From the IMG/VR virus record IMGVR_UViG_3300011335_000507, positions 1 to 35,852 of that record: DNA of 35,852 bases. One strand, given 5' to 3'. Below, piece after piece: positions 34,084 to 35,852 of this stretch (positions within the stretch are counted from its first letter, which is position 1; each line of letters begins with the position of its first letter). Source of the stretch: a virus. Taxonomy: Duplodnaviria > Caudoviricetes. The position numbers and the translations under genes were made by a program. The notes under the pieces were generated by a model, which saw nothing but the letters and a program-made list of their open reading frames with translations, did no database searches and was not told the origin of the DNA.

Positions 34084-34334
34084 TTTTATCCTCTCGGGAA
34101 GTTTTGCCGATTGTATTGCTTTTTTCCTAATTTAGCTTTTTCGGTGGGAGGGGGGCACCCGTAACTTTTACAAGCCGACAGTACCCATCCCCCCCCATCA
34201 ATCGCCTGCATGTCTGCTTAACATAACGCTCGTCGTATGAAGTACAGGCGAATCGGCCTGTATCGGTGCGCTAATGCAAGCTGGCGCAAGGCGGGAAAGA
34301 GGCGGAAAAGGCGGGTGGTGCTTTCCGGCCATAC

Positions 34335-34565
34335 CTAGCCACCATCTAAATCTAAATGAGAATCATTCTCATTCTCAGAAAACAACCATTGATTGATGTC
34401 ATCCCCAGGGCGAAACCCATGATTGTGCAGTGCAGCATAAATCACAAGGATATCTTTAAATCCGCGCGTCAGACATCCACCGCCAGCGCTTAACAAAATA
34501 GCCCTATCAGCGTCAGACAATTTACGCTGGAATTCCACCGTATCCACTTTGCAAGGCCTAACCAT
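34335..34565 (-). CDS. Small putative DNA-binding regulator (76 aa); its 5' part is also present at 1-90
   Basis: GGGGTG RBS; MVRP...FQRKL...strand-helix-helix-like layout; divergent from early genes. Confidence 0.6.
   Translation of the reverse strand: MVRPCKVDTVEFQRKLSDADRAILLSAGGGCLTRGFKDILVIYAALHNHGFRPGDDINQWLFSENENDSHLDLDGG
34355..34373. promoter_or_regulatory. Fur-box-like 9-1-9 palindrome
   Basis: AATGAGAAT-C-ATTCTCATT, plus extra ATTCTC hexamer to 34376. Confidence 0.65.
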
Positions 34566-34602
34566 GCTTCACCCCTATATTTCAACACCTATCGAATTAT
34601 CC
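34476..34602. repeat. Second copy of 1-127
   Basis: Exact match, offset 34475. Confidence 0.95.
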
Positions 34603-34627
34603 GCCTAAAACCGCACCAAAACAGTGC

Positions 34628-34754
34628 TGCATCGTTGAATCGTTTGAATCACTCTTAAGAGTGTGATTCAACTGATGCGGATTCAACGGCATTTTGCCCC
34701 TTTTTGCATCAGTGCATCGATACGCATCGATTCAACCGATACAACCGATACAAC
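34628..34754. promoter_or_regulatory. Palindrome plus iteron-like array, copy B
   Basis: TTGAATCA-CTCTTAAGAG-TG-TGATTCAA (34644-34671); CGATTCAAC CGATACAAC CGATACAAC. Confidence 0.55.
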
Positions 34755-34867
34755 CAAAACTAATGGTAAACCCTAGTGTCAATTCTGTAAATTGATACCG
34801 TCATATTGCAATAACATCCGTTACACTAACAACATGCCAAGCTCGGCATGTAACGTAAAGGATAGAC

Positions 34868-35635
34868 ATGGAAAACCAAAAAACCGTAGCCTGGGCCACC
34901 ATGCTGCAAGATGCTGTCACCCAGCCTGGCATCATAAGCAAGTGCTACAGCACTTTCCACAATTACAGCATGGGCAACCAAATGCTAGCCTGGTCACAAC
35001 TGCAAGCCCGCGACATGGGCCTGGCACCGATAGCCACCTACAAAAGATGGTCCGAGCTTGGCCGTCAAGTCAAAAAGGGTGAAAAAGCGATAGCCTTGGT
35101 GATGCCGGTAACTATCAATAAAAAAGATGGTGCAGGCGAAAAGACCGGCGAATGCTTCCAATGGTTTACCCTAAAAAACAACTGGTTTACCCTGGACCAG
35201 ACCGAAGGCGCTGATTTTGTCAGCGAGTCAGCAAGCCCGGCATGGGACAAGGCCAAGGCATTGGAAACCCTGGGGATTACTGAAATCCGCTTTGACTCGC
35301 CGAACGGGAATTCACAAGGGTACGCCCAGGGTAAGAATATCGCCATTAATCCAGTGGCCGTACTGCCCCATAAAACTCGTTTTCATGAATTGGCGCATGT
35401 AGTGCTGGGCCATACTGAAGAGCATGCCATGCATGATAACGATATGACGCCCAGGGATATACGCGAAGTAGAGGCCGAGTCGGTAGCCTACATTTTGTGT
35501 AGTGTGCTTGGCTTGCCTGGTCTTATCGAATCACGGGGCTACATTCAAAATTGGTTATCCGGTAGCGAGATAAGCGATAAGTCAGCCCAGCGCATATTCG
35601 GTGCAGCCGATAAGATTTTAAAGGCCGGTATCTAA
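34868..35635 (+). CDS. ArdC-like antirestriction protein (ssDNA-binding N-domain + zincin-like domain)
   Basis: FHNYSMGNQML, ATYKRWSELGRQVKKGEKA, FTLDQTEG, HELAH, REVEAESVAY. Confidence 0.8.
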   Translation: MENQKTVAWATMLQDAVTQPGIISKCYSTFHNYSMGNQMLAWSQLQARDMGLAPIATYKRWSELGRQVKKGEKAIALVMPVTINKKDGAGEKTGECFQWFTLKNNWFTLDQTEGADFVSESASPAWDKAKALETLGITEIRFDSPNGNSQGYAQGKNIAINPVAVLPHKTRFHELAHVVLGHTEEHAMHDNDMTPRDIREVEAESVAYILCSVLGLPGLIESRGYIQNWLSGSEISDKSAQRIFGAADKILKAGI

Positions 35636-35702
35636 AATTATCTGCAAGCCCTTAATTGAGGGTTTGCGGGCTAATTTTGGCCAAACCATTCTAAGGAATA
35701 TC

Positions 35703-35852
35703 ATGGAAAACGCTACCGCTATCGAAACCACCACCACCCAAGTGGACAATGACCTATTAATCACGCCTGGGCACTTGGCCGCCATCGCCATGTTTGCAGC
35801 AAAAAAGGATATCCGTTATTACTTGGTAGGGGTTTGGCTGGAAGAACTACCA
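35703..35852 (+). CDS. Partial ORF, DNA polymerase III beta-clamp-like domain
   Basis: FAAKKDIRYYLVGVWLE resembles the beta-clamp middle-domain motif (FSMA..DVRYYLNG); AAGGA RBS; truncated by window end. Confidence 0.55.
   Translation, partial: MENATAIETTTTQVDNDLLITPGHLAAIAMFAAKKDIRYYLVGVWLEELP

Overview
An essentially complete ~34.5 kb dsDNA tailed-phage genome (podovirus-like: portal, scaffold, major capsid, tail adaptor/nozzle-like proteins, three ejection-type proteins, no tape measure). No integrase, classical repressor or DNA polymerase is recognisable. A betaproteobacterial host is only an impression from gene content. Layout: short early genes (411-2241, +); a leftward recombination/replication operon (Sak4-like ATPase, DUF669-like SSB, Cas4-like nuclease, SF2 helicase, VRR-NUC; 8140->2250); a divergent primase-helicase followed by small accessory genes (8256-13055, +); a long leftward late operon (TerS, TerL, HNH, portal, fibre cassette, head, tail, ejection, lysis; 34083->13003). 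Bases 1-127 recur exactly at 34476-34602, then the two copies diverge and lead into different early genes (ArdC-like and beta-clamp-like at the right end). Most striking: the helicase carries a 276-aa intein in its DExH motif whose own frame has no endonuclease, but the +1 frame of the same bases encodes an intact Zn-finger + Vsr/DUF559-type endonuclease that overlaps the intein's splicing motifs. Also notable: a covarying palindrome/iteron array, a perfect Fur-box-like palindrome upstream of the late operon, a loop-E-containing structured RNA candidate, and repeat-bounded modular accessory genes. All protein calls are from motif recognition by eye; no database searches were run.
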